A DNA stretch of 64,000 nt from Candidatus Sericytochromatia bacterium (GTDB lineage Bacteria > Cyanobacteriota > Sericytochromatia > UBA7694), in NCBI GenBank assembly GCA_044356335.1, contig JBIKWL010000002.1, positions 10,426 to 74,425 of the forward strand, written 5' to 3'. Below, piece by piece: positions 1-9,158 of the stretch. Numbering within the stretch: position 1 is the stretch's first letter; each line of letters opens with the position of its first letter. The position numbers and the translations under genes were made by a program. The notes beneath the pieces were generated by a model. It did no database searches, was not told the origin of the DNA, and saw nothing but the letters and a program-made list of their open reading frames with translations.

Positions 1-2
1 AT

Positions 3-2042
3 CCCACGGCCACCCCCAATGCCATTGGCAAACAGCATTACGAGATTTTGCAAATGCTGGGAGAAGGGGCGATGGGCACGGTCCATCTGGTCCGCGACAG
101 TCGCTTGGAGCGCACCGTGGCGTATAAACAGCTACACAAACGCATTCAGAGCGACAATCCCGAAGTGCATCAACGCTTTTTGGGTGAGGTCCAAATCACG
201 GCCCAATTGCCCCACCCGTATATCGTGCCGGTCTATAGCCTCGAGGTGACCGAAGCCGGGGTGGGTTACACCATGAAGTGCATTCAGGGCAAAACTTTCA
301 AAGAGCTGATTACCGAGGCCAAAGCCCACAATGCCGAGCCCCATAAAATTACTTATCCCCAGGATTTCCCCAACCTGTTGGAGCATTTTCTCAAGGTCTG
401 CGAGGCCCTGTCTTTTGCCCATTTTAAAGGCGTGATTCACAGGGATCTCAAACCCGCCAATCTGATGCTCGGGCCCCACAACGAAATTTATGTGATGGAC
501 TGGGGCATCGCCCGTCCCTTTGGTGAGGCAGCCAAAGACTACCCCTTCGAAGCCGGGGAAAAAAACCAAATGATCGGCACCCCCCGTTATATGTCTCCCG
601 AACAGGCCCGCGGCGTCAACGACCGCCTCGACGAGCGCAGCGACCTCTTTGCCCTGGGCCTGATTTTATACGAATTGGTCTGTTTACAGCCGGGCTACAA
701 GGCCAGCAGCACCTCCGAATTGTTGGAAAAAGTGCGCAAAGGCCAGCTCAATCCCGTGGTCTTTTTTCGGCCCGAACTTAAGGTTCCACGCGAGTTGCAG
801 GCGATTATTGCCAAGGCCACGGCCTGGAAACGCGCTGATCGCTACAGCAATGTCGAAGCCATGTCTCAGGATCTGCGCCGCTATCTGCGCGGTGAAGCGG
901 TACAGGCCGCACCGGATACCCCGCTGCAGGCCGCAGGTCGCTGGTTTCGCGTTCACCGCACAGCCTGCCTGAGCAGCCTGATGGTCTTGGTTTTGGGCAG
1001 CAGTCTCTGGACCCTCTGGAACCTGCTCCAACAGCAACAGACCCTGCAGGCCGCCCTCCAACGCGAGCAGGTGATCACCCAGTTTATGGGCCAAATTCTG
1101 AATCAGGGCCAAGCGGTTGATCGCTATATGGTCGCGATTCCGCGCACACTTGAAAACATGGCCGGCACAGTGATCCAAGCTCTGGAGCATGGCAAGCCCC
1201 AACCCAATTTCCCCTATTATCTCGACGATGAACATTGGAATAAACGCATACCCAGTCAAGTACAGTCCGCCCATTATGGTTCTAAGATCAGCACCGATTG
1301 GCCGGCTATTACCCTGCCTTGGGGAGAACCCGAGTTACCCTTCAAACCCAATTTGCATAAGTTAGCACCGCTCAAGAAGCAGATGCGCAATCTCTTGATT
1401 CGCAGCGGCAAAGAGCAGGGAGCCAGCGAAACCGATCCCCAAATTTTGATCGCAAAACAGGGCGTGCCGCTGATGTATGTCAATATTTCGACCGCAGAAG
1501 GAATCCTGATTTTTTATCCGGGTGCCAGCTACAATACCCCCGGTTATGATGTGCGTAAGCGCCCCTTTTTCAAGCTGGTGTACAACAAACGCGGTGTCCA
1601 CTGTGGCAACCCTTATATCGACCGACTTTCGGGATCTCTTTTGCCCTGCAGTCTGGCAATTTATGATGCCCAAGAGCGCTTTCGTGGGGTGGTCTCCATC
1701 GACCTGCAATTCAATTATCTGGCCCGCAACGTCTTAAATATTTCCAATATTCCTGGCCTGCGCAACAGCTATTTGCTCGATGAAAAAGGCCAAGTGATTG
1801 TCAAAGGCAGCGACCGCAATCAAAAAATTGAAAAACGCGCGAAAATCAACCATGGCATGCAACTCTCACGCTTCAAGAATGAAGACCTGCTCAGAAAAAT
1901 CGAGTTACGCAGCGAAAGTGGTTATCTGCGCAGTGTAAATACCACCTTGGGCTATTTGCGTTTGAATTTTCAGGGTTGGTATTTTGTTGTCGAAGCAGAG
2001 ACCGAGCCCCTTTTTGCCAAGACCCCCTCAGGAAAAAACTAA
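3..2042 (+). CDS. Membrane Ser/Thr protein kinase with extracytoplasmic Cache-like sensor domain (5' end lies upstream of the window)
   Basis: Frame is open from base 3 (..HYEILQMLGEGAMGTV). Kinase motifs VAYK, HRDLKPAN, DWG, GTPRYMSPEQ, SDLFALG; one TM helix; Cache-like YDVRKRPFF..PYID..GVVSIDL. Confidence 0.92.
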   Translation, partial: PTATPNAIGKQHYEILQMLGEGAMGTVHLVRDSRLERTVAYKQLHKRIQSDNPEVHQRFLGEVQITAQLPHPYIVPVYSLEVTEAGVGYTMKCIQGKTFKELITEAKAHNAEPHKITYPQDFPNLLEHFLKVCEALSFAHFKGVIHRDLKPANLMLGPHNEIYVMDWGIARPFGEAAKDYPFEAGEKNQMIGTPRYMSPEQARGVNDRLDERSDLFALGLILYELVCLQPGYKASSTSELLEKVRKGQLNPVVFFRPELKVPRELQAIIAKATAWKRADRYSNVEAMSQDLRRYLRGEAVQAAPDTPLQAAGRWFRVHRTACLSSLMVLVLGSSLWTLWNLLQQQQTLQAALQREQVITQFMGQILNQGQAVDRYMVAIPRTLENMAGTVIQALEHGKPQPNFPYYLDDEHWNKRIPSQVQSAHYGSKISTDWPAITLPWGEPELPFKPNLHKLAPLKKQMRNLLIRSGKEQGASETDPQILIAKQGVPLMYVNISTAEGILIFYPGASYNTPGYDVRKRPFFKLVYNKRGVHCGNPYIDRLSGSLLPCSLAIYDAQERFRGVVSIDLQFNYLARNVLNISNIPGLRNSYLLDEKGQVIVKGSDRNQKIEKRAKINHGMQLSRFKNEDLLRKIELRSESGYLRSVNTTLGYLRLNFQGWYFVVEAETEPLFAKTPSGKN

Positions 2043-2046
2043 AGCC

Positions 2047-2874
2047 ATGCCGACTCTCGAAACCCACAACCGCCAGCTGTATTTGGATTTGCTCAAACGG
2101 GTCTTGGGGGATTTTATTTATGATCTCGGTGCTGCTGCCAAAGACGAAAAATACCCAACGATGACCTGGGCCGATACCCGCACAGGTCGCAAACACACAC
2201 TCTCAACCTATGCCGATTACAAAGCCAATGGGCTGCTCTTTCCCCAACAGGCCCATACCATGATCGGTCTCAAACGCCTGGACAATCTGCAGTTCTGTCT
2301 GGAACAAATTTTGGCCCAAAACACCCCTGGCGACCTGCTCGAAGCCGGTGTCTGGCGCGGAGGAGCCTGTATTTTTATGCGCGGCCTGCTCAAGGCCTAT
2401 GGCGAGACCCAACGCAAGATCTGGGTCGCAGATTCTTTTGTCGGTTTTCAAGCCAGCGATCTGGTCAACACCAATATTGACCTCGAAAAAACCAATTATC
2501 ACAGTGTCTCACAGGCACAGGTCGCTGAACATTTTAAGGCCTATGACCTCTTGGATGAACAGGTGGTGTTTTTGCCTGGATTCTTAGACCAAAGTTTGCC
2601 CAAGGCACCGATTGAGGCCTTGGCCCTCTTGCGTTTGGACGTGGATTTTTTTAATCCCACCCACGAAGGACTGACCTGGCTCTACCCCCGTCTGTCTCCG
2701 GGCGGCTTTGTGATCATCGACGATTATTATGCCTTTGAAGGCTGTCGCCAAGCGGTCAATACCTACCGCCAAGCACATCAGATCAGTGAGCCCTTGATAC
2801 GGATCGATCCCTGCGCTGTCTATTGGCAAAAGAGCAAATCCAATCAGGGGGCTCTTGCTCCTGGAAATGACTGA
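2047..2874 (+). CDS. TylF/MycF/NovP-family O-methyltransferase
   Basis: HTMIGLKRLDNL, GDLLEAGVWRGG, VADSF, LLRLDVD, GGFVIIDDY. ATG at 2047 lies just after the kinase stop. Confidence 0.9.
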   Translation: MPTLETHNRQLYLDLLKRVLGDFIYDLGAAAKDEKYPTMTWADTRTGRKHTLSTYADYKANGLLFPQQAHTMIGLKRLDNLQFCLEQILAQNTPGDLLEAGVWRGGACIFMRGLLKAYGETQRKIWVADSFVGFQASDLVNTNIDLEKTNYHSVSQAQVAEHFKAYDLLDEQVVFLPGFLDQSLPKAPIEALALLRLDVDFFNPTHEGLTWLYPRLSPGGFVIIDDYYAFEGCRQAVNTYRQAHQISEPLIRIDPCAVYWQKSKSNQGALAPGND

Positions 2875-2880
2875 TCTATA

Positions 2881-4137
2881 ATGGAAGATATGAAAAAATT
2901 AGCAATCCTCGTCATCGTGTCCTTGTTCAGCCTCTCTGCCCCTGCATTGTCTGCGGAGCCCCTCAGCGAGTTTAAATCCGCTCAGGAAGATCTCCGCCGG
3001 GACGGAAAACGTTATTCTCAATCGGCACGGGCTTTTGCCTTTTATGAAAAGGGACTGCAGGCCCTCAAAACAAAAAAACCCCAAGAGGCGGTAGAGGCCT
3101 TCACCAAAGCCCTGCGGGTCTACCCGGCCTATGCAGAGGCTTTTTATGAGCGAGGCAATGCTTATTTATTGCTCAAAGCCCCAGAACGGGCCCTGGCCGA
3201 TTTTTCAAAGGTGATTGATTTACAGGCCAAGCCCTTGCTGGTAGATGCCTACAATAATCGCGGTTTTGTCTACAATGATTTATTGAAGCAATACGACAAA
3301 GCGGTGGCCGATTTTAGCAAAGCGGTCCAGCTCAACCCACTCTATGCGCGCGCTTGGTACAACCGCGGTCTCGCTCACGACCGCTTGGGCCAACACGAAG
3401 CTGCCGTCGGCGACTACAGCAAAACCCTGCAGCTTCAGGCAGACTACCTTGATGCGTATAATAACCGGGGAATCAGCTATTTGGACCTCAAAGAATACGA
3501 CAAAGCCCTGCAGGACTTCGAAAAAGCGATCAAGTTGGCCCCCAATTATGCTGTCGCCTATTATAATCTGGGTTTGATTTATGCCTACCGCAAAAATTAC
3601 GAAAAATCCCTGCAATACTACAGCCAGGCAATTGAACGCAACCCCAATTATGTCGAGGCTTACCACAATCGCGGTTATCTCTACAACGATGTGCGCAAAG
3701 ACTACGAAAAAGCGCTCAACGACTTCAACCGTGCCCTGGCGATCGATCCGACGTATATCAACGCCTACTTCAACCGGGGACTGACCTATTACAATAAAAA
3801 AGACTTCCCCAACGCCATTCTCGACTTTAGTCAGGTGATCAAAGACAATGGCAAAGACGCTGATGCACTCTATTACAGAGGAGATTGCCACTATTGGCTC
3901 AATCAACTCGATGCGGCGATTCTCGACTTTCAAATGGTGGTTAGTTTAACCCCCGAAGACGCCTCAACCCATTATCTCTTGGCCAGTCTTTACGCCCAGA
4001 AAAAAGATGCGCCCAAGGCCTTAGCGGCACTTTCTCTGGCCATTCAACACAATCCAGACCTCAAACGGGCTGCCCGCAACGAAGCAGCCTTGGTTTTTTT
4101 ACGCAAGCTGCCTGAGTTTCAAAAGCTGGTAAAATAA
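2881..4137 (+). CDS. Secreted tetratricopeptide-repeat protein
   Basis: Signal peptide MKKLAILVIVSLFSLSAPALSA; about 10 TPRs (AYNNRG..A..DF..A..L.P); C-terminal capping motif AARNEAALVFLR. Confidence 0.92.
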   Translation: MEDMKKLAILVIVSLFSLSAPALSAEPLSEFKSAQEDLRRDGKRYSQSARAFAFYEKGLQALKTKKPQEAVEAFTKALRVYPAYAEAFYERGNAYLLLKAPERALADFSKVIDLQAKPLLVDAYNNRGFVYNDLLKQYDKAVADFSKAVQLNPLYARAWYNRGLAHDRLGQHEAAVGDYSKTLQLQADYLDAYNNRGISYLDLKEYDKALQDFEKAIKLAPNYAVAYYNLGLIYAYRKNYEKSLQYYSQAIERNPNYVEAYHNRGYLYNDVRKDYEKALNDFNRALAIDPTYINAYFNRGLTYYNKKDFPNAILDFSQVIKDNGKDADALYYRGDCHYWLNQLDAAILDFQMVVSLTPEDASTHYLLASLYAQKKDAPKALAALSLAIQHNPDLKRAARNEAALVFLRKLPEFQKLVK

Positions 4138-4192
4138 ACATGTCTGTTTTTAACTCTGGCACGTATCGCCAAGACGCGAGGTTTTGCGCCGC

Positions 4193-4768
4193 ATGAAGTT
4201 TTTCTATGACTCCCGCACCGATCAGCTCGGTATTCAGTTTCAGCCTGCGCGCAAAAAACCCACAGGAAAAATTCAGCGCAACCGCAAAGAAGTCATGCCG
4301 GGGGTCTGGATGGATTGGGACGAACGCAACAATCTCGAACGGATTGAAATTCGCGAAGCCTCGCGCCACCAGCCCGAACTCAAGAACTTTATTGGCGAAT
4401 TGGTTCAAGAGGTGATCAAAAATGCCCAAGACATCCCCAAAGAGGTGCTTTTGGCGATCGAAGGCACGATCAAACTCAGCCAAGAAGACAGCCCCAGCAC
4501 CCGCAGCGAAGACTACCAGCCCCGACTGAGTTTTGATGCCGTGGCCAATACGCTCACCACCGAATTCCGCACCCCCAAACCGGGCGAGGTGCAAATGAAC
4601 AAACGCGAAGTGATTCCCGGTATTATCGCCAGTTTTACCGATCAAGGTGAATTGCTCTCAATGGACATGTTACAGGCCCTGCAACACTTCCCAGCCCTGC
4701 AACAATTTGTCCAGCAGGGCAACGAAATGCTGGCCATGCAACATCTGCTGCGCAATTTTAATCGCTAA
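4193..4768 (+). CDS. Protein with two tandem DUF2283-like domains
   Basis: YDSRTDQLGIQF..EVMPGVWMDWD..LERIEIREAS, repeated as FDAVANTLTTEF..EVIPGIIASF..LLSMDMLQAL. Confidence 0.7.
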   Translation: MKFFYDSRTDQLGIQFQPARKKPTGKIQRNRKEVMPGVWMDWDERNNLERIEIREASRHQPELKNFIGELVQEVIKNAQDIPKEVLLAIEGTIKLSQEDSPSTRSEDYQPRLSFDAVANTLTTEFRTPKPGEVQMNKREVIPGIIASFTDQGELLSMDMLQALQHFPALQQFVQQGNEMLAMQHLLRNFNR

Positions 4769-4779
4769 AATCAGGTGTT

Positions 4780-4806
4780 AAAAAGCGGAGCCATTACTGG
4801 CCCCGC
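4780..4806 (-). terminator. Intrinsic terminator of the VWA operon
   Basis: Minus strand GCGGGGCCA-GTAA-TGGCTCCGC followed by a T-run, between convergent genes. Confidence 0.6.
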
Positions 4807-4838
4807 CCAATCATCAGCAGCTAAAAAAACAATCAGAA

Positions 4839-6602
4839 TCAGGGTCTATTTGAGAGCTTAAAAAAGCTTTCGATCAGTTTGCGGTACTCACTCGAAAGGG
4901 CACTGGCATAGTCACCCAGATCTTTGTTGAGTTCCTGTTTGGCAGCTTCCGGTGTCAGCTCTTTTTTGATCAAACTGGTCAAGAGGGTGATCATGCGGGC
5001 ATCTTTGATATTGTTGAGATCTTTGCCCAAGATCTCTTTGAGCGTGCGTTTAAACACCTCTTCTTTGGCAACACCGGTCTGGGGATCTTTGTACATGATC
5101 GTTAGCGTCAGACTTTGCTCGAGCAAAGCGGCATCGTCTCCGGCTTGAAAGCGCTCCCAGAAATACTGTGAGGTATTGTAAGAGAAATTGGTGGGCTGTA
5201 CCTCGCTTTGCACCTTGGACGATTGCTCAGCGGCTGACATGGCGTGCTTCAGTGCAATCGGATAGTCCAAGCGGAACTGCACATCGCGGGCAGCCACGGT
5301 CATCAGAGCCATAAAGCGCTCTTTAAAAGCCCGTTCTGCATCGTTGCGCGTAATCACAGAAAAATAAGCGCCCCGACCGGCTTCGGTCAATTTATTGAGA
5401 AAGCCCTCATTAAAGTTCTGGCCAAAACCCAGCCCTGAGAAATAAATGCCTTCAGCATTATTGATACGGGTATTTTGGGCAATCACCGAAGAGTCCACTT
5501 GGCCAATATTGGCAAAGGCATCGGTCAACATCAAGACCCGGTTGATTTTGCCGGGCTGATAGGACTTTTGAGCCAAGGCATAAGCGGTGCGAATACCCGC
5601 GTCTAAATTGGTACCGCCCTGGGTTTGCAAGCTGCGCACCACATTCAGGTATTTGCTGGCATCACCTTCATAGGTGAAGTTTTCCAGGGCCACAACCGCA
5701 GAGGTCGAAAATGTGACCAGATTAACGACATCACCGGGTTTGAGACTTCCCGCCAAGCTCTCCAGGCCGGCTTTGGCCACATCCAGTAAGCTGGGCGCGC
5801 GGCCGTCATCGGTCACCACCGGGGTCTGTTCGTTCATTGAGCCCGAAACGTCCACCACCAAGGTCAAAGCCAGATTCTGACGCTGCTGAACATCCAAGTC
5901 GGGAGCCGAAACGTGGATACCCAAATCGTAGGTATTGCCTGTTTCTTGGCCTTCAGCACTGCCATGTTGCCAGAGGCCCATCGAAACCTTAAACAACCCC
6001 GTGGATTCTTGCCCCTGTTTGACAAACGACTCATAATTCAAAAATTCCCAGGGCCGGGCCCAACTGACATTGGGAGCAAAACCCTGCTTAAGCGCATATT
6101 TGGTCAATTCCACCCCAGCGGTGCTGGCAGAGTCATCATAAGAAAAGTAGAAATAATCTGTGGTCTTTTTCTCTGGCTCAGCTGAGGGCTGAACCGAAGA
6201 CGCAGGCGTGGGGGTGCTCATGGGCGTGGGGGTTGGTACAACAGGCTGTGTCGTCAGCACTGGAGCAGTGAGCGCACTGTCACTCGCACCTGTGGCAGAG
6301 CCACCACCACCCGCTTGACCCGAAGCAGGCATGGGCTGAGGCGCGTTGGGAGGCAAAATTGCATTTTTACCAGCGGGAAGGGGCGCCCCCACGCTGATGG
6401 CCGTGTTTTCAGCGACCGGTTTCAAGAGCGAGTCTGTCGCGCGTGTTGGCAGCGGCCCTTTGGGCGGAGGGGTAATAGAGTTAGAACCCAATTGCACACT
6501 GCCCGTGCCGGGGGCATTGGCCAAAGGAGGTGCCTGCTGACAGCCCACCACACCCAACGTCAATGCAGTCAAGCTGAGGGTCAAGATAGCTCTGAATTTC
6601 AT
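4839..6602 (-). CDS. VWA-domain lipoprotein (YfbK-like)
   Basis: Lipobox VVG-C; Pro/Thr-rich linker; RPWEFLNY; MIDAS motif DVSGS; GGTNLDAG; LTDAFAN. Confidence 0.9.
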   Translation of the reverse strand: MKFRAILTLSLTALTLGVVGCQQAPPLANAPGTGSVQLGSNSITPPPKGPLPTRATDSLLKPVAENTAISVGAPLPAGKNAILPPNAPQPMPASGQAGGGGSATGASDSALTAPVLTTQPVVPTPTPMSTPTPASSVQPSAEPEKKTTDYFYFSYDDSASTAGVELTKYALKQGFAPNVSWARPWEFLNYESFVKQGQESTGLFKVSMGLWQHGSAEGQETGNTYDLGIHVSAPDLDVQQRQNLALTLVVDVSGSMNEQTPVVTDDGRAPSLLDVAKAGLESLAGSLKPGDVVNLVTFSTSAVVALENFTYEGDASKYLNVVRSLQTQGGTNLDAGIRTAYALAQKSYQPGKINRVLMLTDAFANIGQVDSSVIAQNTRINNAEGIYFSGLGFGQNFNEGFLNKLTEAGRGAYFSVITRNDAERAFKERFMALMTVAARDVQFRLDYPIALKHAMSAAEQSSKVQSEVQPTNFSYNTSQYFWERFQAGDDAALLEQSLTLTIMYKDPQTGVAKEEVFKRTLKEILGKDLNNIKDARMITLLTSLIKKELTPEAAKQELNKDLGDYASALSSEYRKLIESFFKLSNRP

Positions 6603-7813
6603 ACTTCTTCTCCTTGGTTGAGTATCCGGGCAAAGTCCCGCTTGCGGGCCTGTCTCAAATGATTTAAATCTGGGTCGTGACGTGCCTCAGCACGGGCGGG
6701 ATTATTGCCTGAATTGGCTTCGAAGGCCGATTGAAGGGCTTTTAAACCCCGATCCAACCAGCTCTTTTGGGGATTGTGGGCATAACTCAAACTGCAAAAG
6801 CAGGCATCGATATAATGTACCAACCAATAACCGGGATTAAAGCTGTCAAGCAGCCCCAAGGTCAATTCTGCTTCAGAGAAACGACCACTTTTGGTATAAG
6901 CATGTGCCAGAAAGGCACCGGATTCCATCAAGGTCTGTTGGCCCAATTGCTGTTTATTGGGCGAAATCAAGACCTGTTTAAAATAATCAATGGTGCGTTC
7001 CCAATAGACTTGGCTGGTTTCGGTGTCCAGCAAAAAAGCCTGATTAAAACTCAAGCGGGCATACTCATCACAGATAAACACATCATCGGGCGCCATGGCC
7101 ATGGCCGATTCAAATTTGGCTGCGGCCTGCGCAAAGTCTGCCAAAGCGGTTTTGCGCTCTGCTTCATCTTTTTCAGCCAGAAAGCGGCCCAAAGCATCAT
7201 AGCCCCTTAAAAAATAAACAGCGCCCAGATTAAAATGAAAATCTGCCGCGCGAATGTCCAACTGGGCCTGAGCCGGATGCATTTCATAGCTGCGCAGGGC
7301 GGTCTCTTGATTGAGCAAAGCTGCCTCATAATTGCCGCGACTCAGCTCCAGGGTAGAGAGCAGCGACTGCAATTGCACCCCCTCAGAAAAGAGTTGCAAT
7401 CCCTGTTGGATCTTCTCTTGCGCTTGGGCCGTGCGACCGGCTTTGATCAGGGCATAGACCAAACGCAAATAGGTAGAAAAATCTTCAGGATGCTGACTCA
7501 GGCTTTGCTCATAAGTGGCAACAGCATCCCGATAAGCCGCGGCAGCATCGCTGTTAACCGGTGCAAATCCAGCCAGAATCAAAAGCTCATCCCGGGCATT
7601 GCCGTTTCCCCCAGGAAAAAGCACTTCGGCCAATTTGAGCACCACCTCACGTGAGGGTTGGCGTTCACCGGCCTCTAACAGTGAGATATACGATTTAGAA
7701 ACGGCAATCGACTGGGCCAGTTTCTCCATATTGAGTCCTTTTTCTTTGCGCAAAACTGATAGGCGTCTGCTAAAAGGACTCTGAAGACCTTCATTTTGTT
7801 TCCCTTTTGGCAC
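6599..7813 (-). CDS. XRE-family HTH regulator with C-terminal TPR domain
   Basis: LRKEKGLNMEKLAQSIAVSKSYISLLEAGERQPS HTH, then helical TPR-like repeats and an ARHDPDLNHLR cap. Overlaps the VWA gene by 4 nt. Confidence 0.88.
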   Translation of the reverse strand: MPKGKQNEGLQSPFSRRLSVLRKEKGLNMEKLAQSIAVSKSYISLLEAGERQPSREVVLKLAEVLFPGGNGNARDELLILAGFAPVNSDAAAAYRDAVATYEQSLSQHPEDFSTYLRLVYALIKAGRTAQAQEKIQQGLQLFSEGVQLQSLLSTLELSRGNYEAALLNQETALRSYEMHPAQAQLDIRAADFHFNLGAVYFLRGYDALGRFLAEKDEAERKTALADFAQAAAKFESAMAMAPDDVFICDEYARLSFNQAFLLDTETSQVYWERTIDYFKQVLISPNKQQLGQQTLMESGAFLAHAYTKSGRFSEAELTLGLLDSFNPGYWLVHYIDACFCSLSYAHNPQKSWLDRGLKALQSAFEANSGNNPARAEARHDPDLNHLRQARKRDFARILNQGEEV

Positions 7814-7839
7814 AAGGAATCCTCCTTTCTTTTTAGTGC

Positions 7840-9141
7840 CTAACCTTTGCTGACCTGGGTCTGACTCGATGAAGAGGTGGCTGTGTCAGGCAAAGCCGTT
7901 TCAGCAGGCTTGGGCTGAGGCTCAACGGGCTTGGGCGGCTCTACCGGGAAGGGACCCTCACAACGCATGGGGGCATCGTACATTGGCAGATAGAGAGTGG
8001 GGCGACTGAGACTTTTGATCTCGCCACTGGCCGCATCCAGTTCAACCGAGCCCCACACCCGTGACTGCTCGGGATACATGGGCATCACCTGCACACAGCG
8101 GGTGCCATTGGGATCAAGCGCGGGATCTTTAACCTGAGCTGAGGGCATGGGCGAAGGCTGGGCTGGCATTTTTAAATCAAAACTGACGCTGACAAAATAG
8201 CGGTTTTGGTCTTGGCCCTGTTGATTGAGTTGAATCTGCCAGGAGGCATTGGCTGGGACTTCATAGGCAACTTGCAGATTGGGCTGTTGCTCAAGGGATT
8301 CAGGGTAAACAGGGTAACCCGGTTTGCTGCTGCGGCTGGTAAAGGCCTTCGTGGCGATCTCTTGGGCCCGTGAGCTGTCAATTTTTACTTTGCTCAGATC
8401 AATGGTGGGTTCACCCCACACCAAACGGTGCACACGGGTTTCTTTTTTGAGCAAATAGACATTCAGGGTCTCTTTGCGGGTGCTGGAGGCAAAACGAAAG
8501 ACATAATCCGGCTGCAATTGTTCGGCATTGCCATCGGCCCCAGGCAGAGAAATATATTCAATAAACGTACTGTTGCCATCGAGCCCCAAATTGGCCCGAC
8601 TTTCGACCAAGCGGGCAGAGCTGTCCCAATCAGCCAGAATCGGCTTCACCGTTTGTTCATACGCTTTGAGCAAGGTACTGGCCTGATTGGCAGGAAAAAT
8701 ATTTTCTTCGGCAAATTGAATCACATATTGATTAAACTCACCGCCACCAAACCAGGGCATACTCATACGTGCAGAAGCCCCCGTGGCAACATCGCCCACC
8801 ATCGGTGCGGCAATTTTATTGGCGGAACTGCTCTCTGCGGAGGCTGGGCGGCCCAACTGAGGAGCCGGGGCCGTCGCGGGTTGGCTGGCAGCTTGTTGCC
8901 CACCGGCCGTTCCCGACTGGGCAGCCGTATTCAGTGGCAAAAGCCGTTTAGACAGGGCATTGGAAAAAACAGTTTTGCCCGTTTGTGTACCCGAGGTCGG
9001 AGAACCGCTGGGTGAAGAGCTGGGCGAAGAGCTAGGAGAGGCTGAGGGGTTCGTCAAAATGGAATTGATCTGTCCCGCTGAGCAGGCACTTAAACTCAGA
9101 GCCAATACCAAAGAGAGAGGAAGCAGCGTTCTAAATTTCAT
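7840..9141 (-). CDS. Lipoprotein of unknown function with PepSY-like region (paralog A)
   Basis: Lipobox LSA-C; PSSS repeats; IDSSRAQEIA and VELDAASGEI PepSY-like motifs; clearly paralogous to the next gene. Confidence 0.8.
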   Translation of the reverse strand: MKFRTLLPLSLVLALSLSACSAGQINSILTNPSASPSSSPSSSPSGSPTSGTQTGKTVFSNALSKRLLPLNTAAQSGTAGGQQAASQPATAPAPQLGRPASAESSSANKIAAPMVGDVATGASARMSMPWFGGGEFNQYVIQFAEENIFPANQASTLLKAYEQTVKPILADWDSSARLVESRANLGLDGNSTFIEYISLPGADGNAEQLQPDYVFRFASSTRKETLNVYLLKKETRVHRLVWGEPTIDLSKVKIDSSRAQEIATKAFTSRSSKPGYPVYPESLEQQPNLQVAYEVPANASWQIQLNQQGQDQNRYFVSVSFDLKMPAQPSPMPSAQVKDPALDPNGTRCVQVMPMYPEQSRVWGSVELDAASGEIKSLSRPTLYLPMYDAPMRCEGPFPVEPPKPVEPQPKPAETALPDTATSSSSQTQVSKG

Positions 9142-9158
9142 GGTTTCAATTCTCCTAT

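Noticed and set aside
2047-2874. Macrolide or other antibiotic biosynthetic cluster
   Set aside because: No PKS, NRPS or deoxysugar genes nearby; TylF-like enzymes are widespread.
8995-9050. Short 12-nt-period repeat in lipoprotein A
   Set aside because: Explained by the PSSS low-complexity linker; copies differ at synonymous positions.
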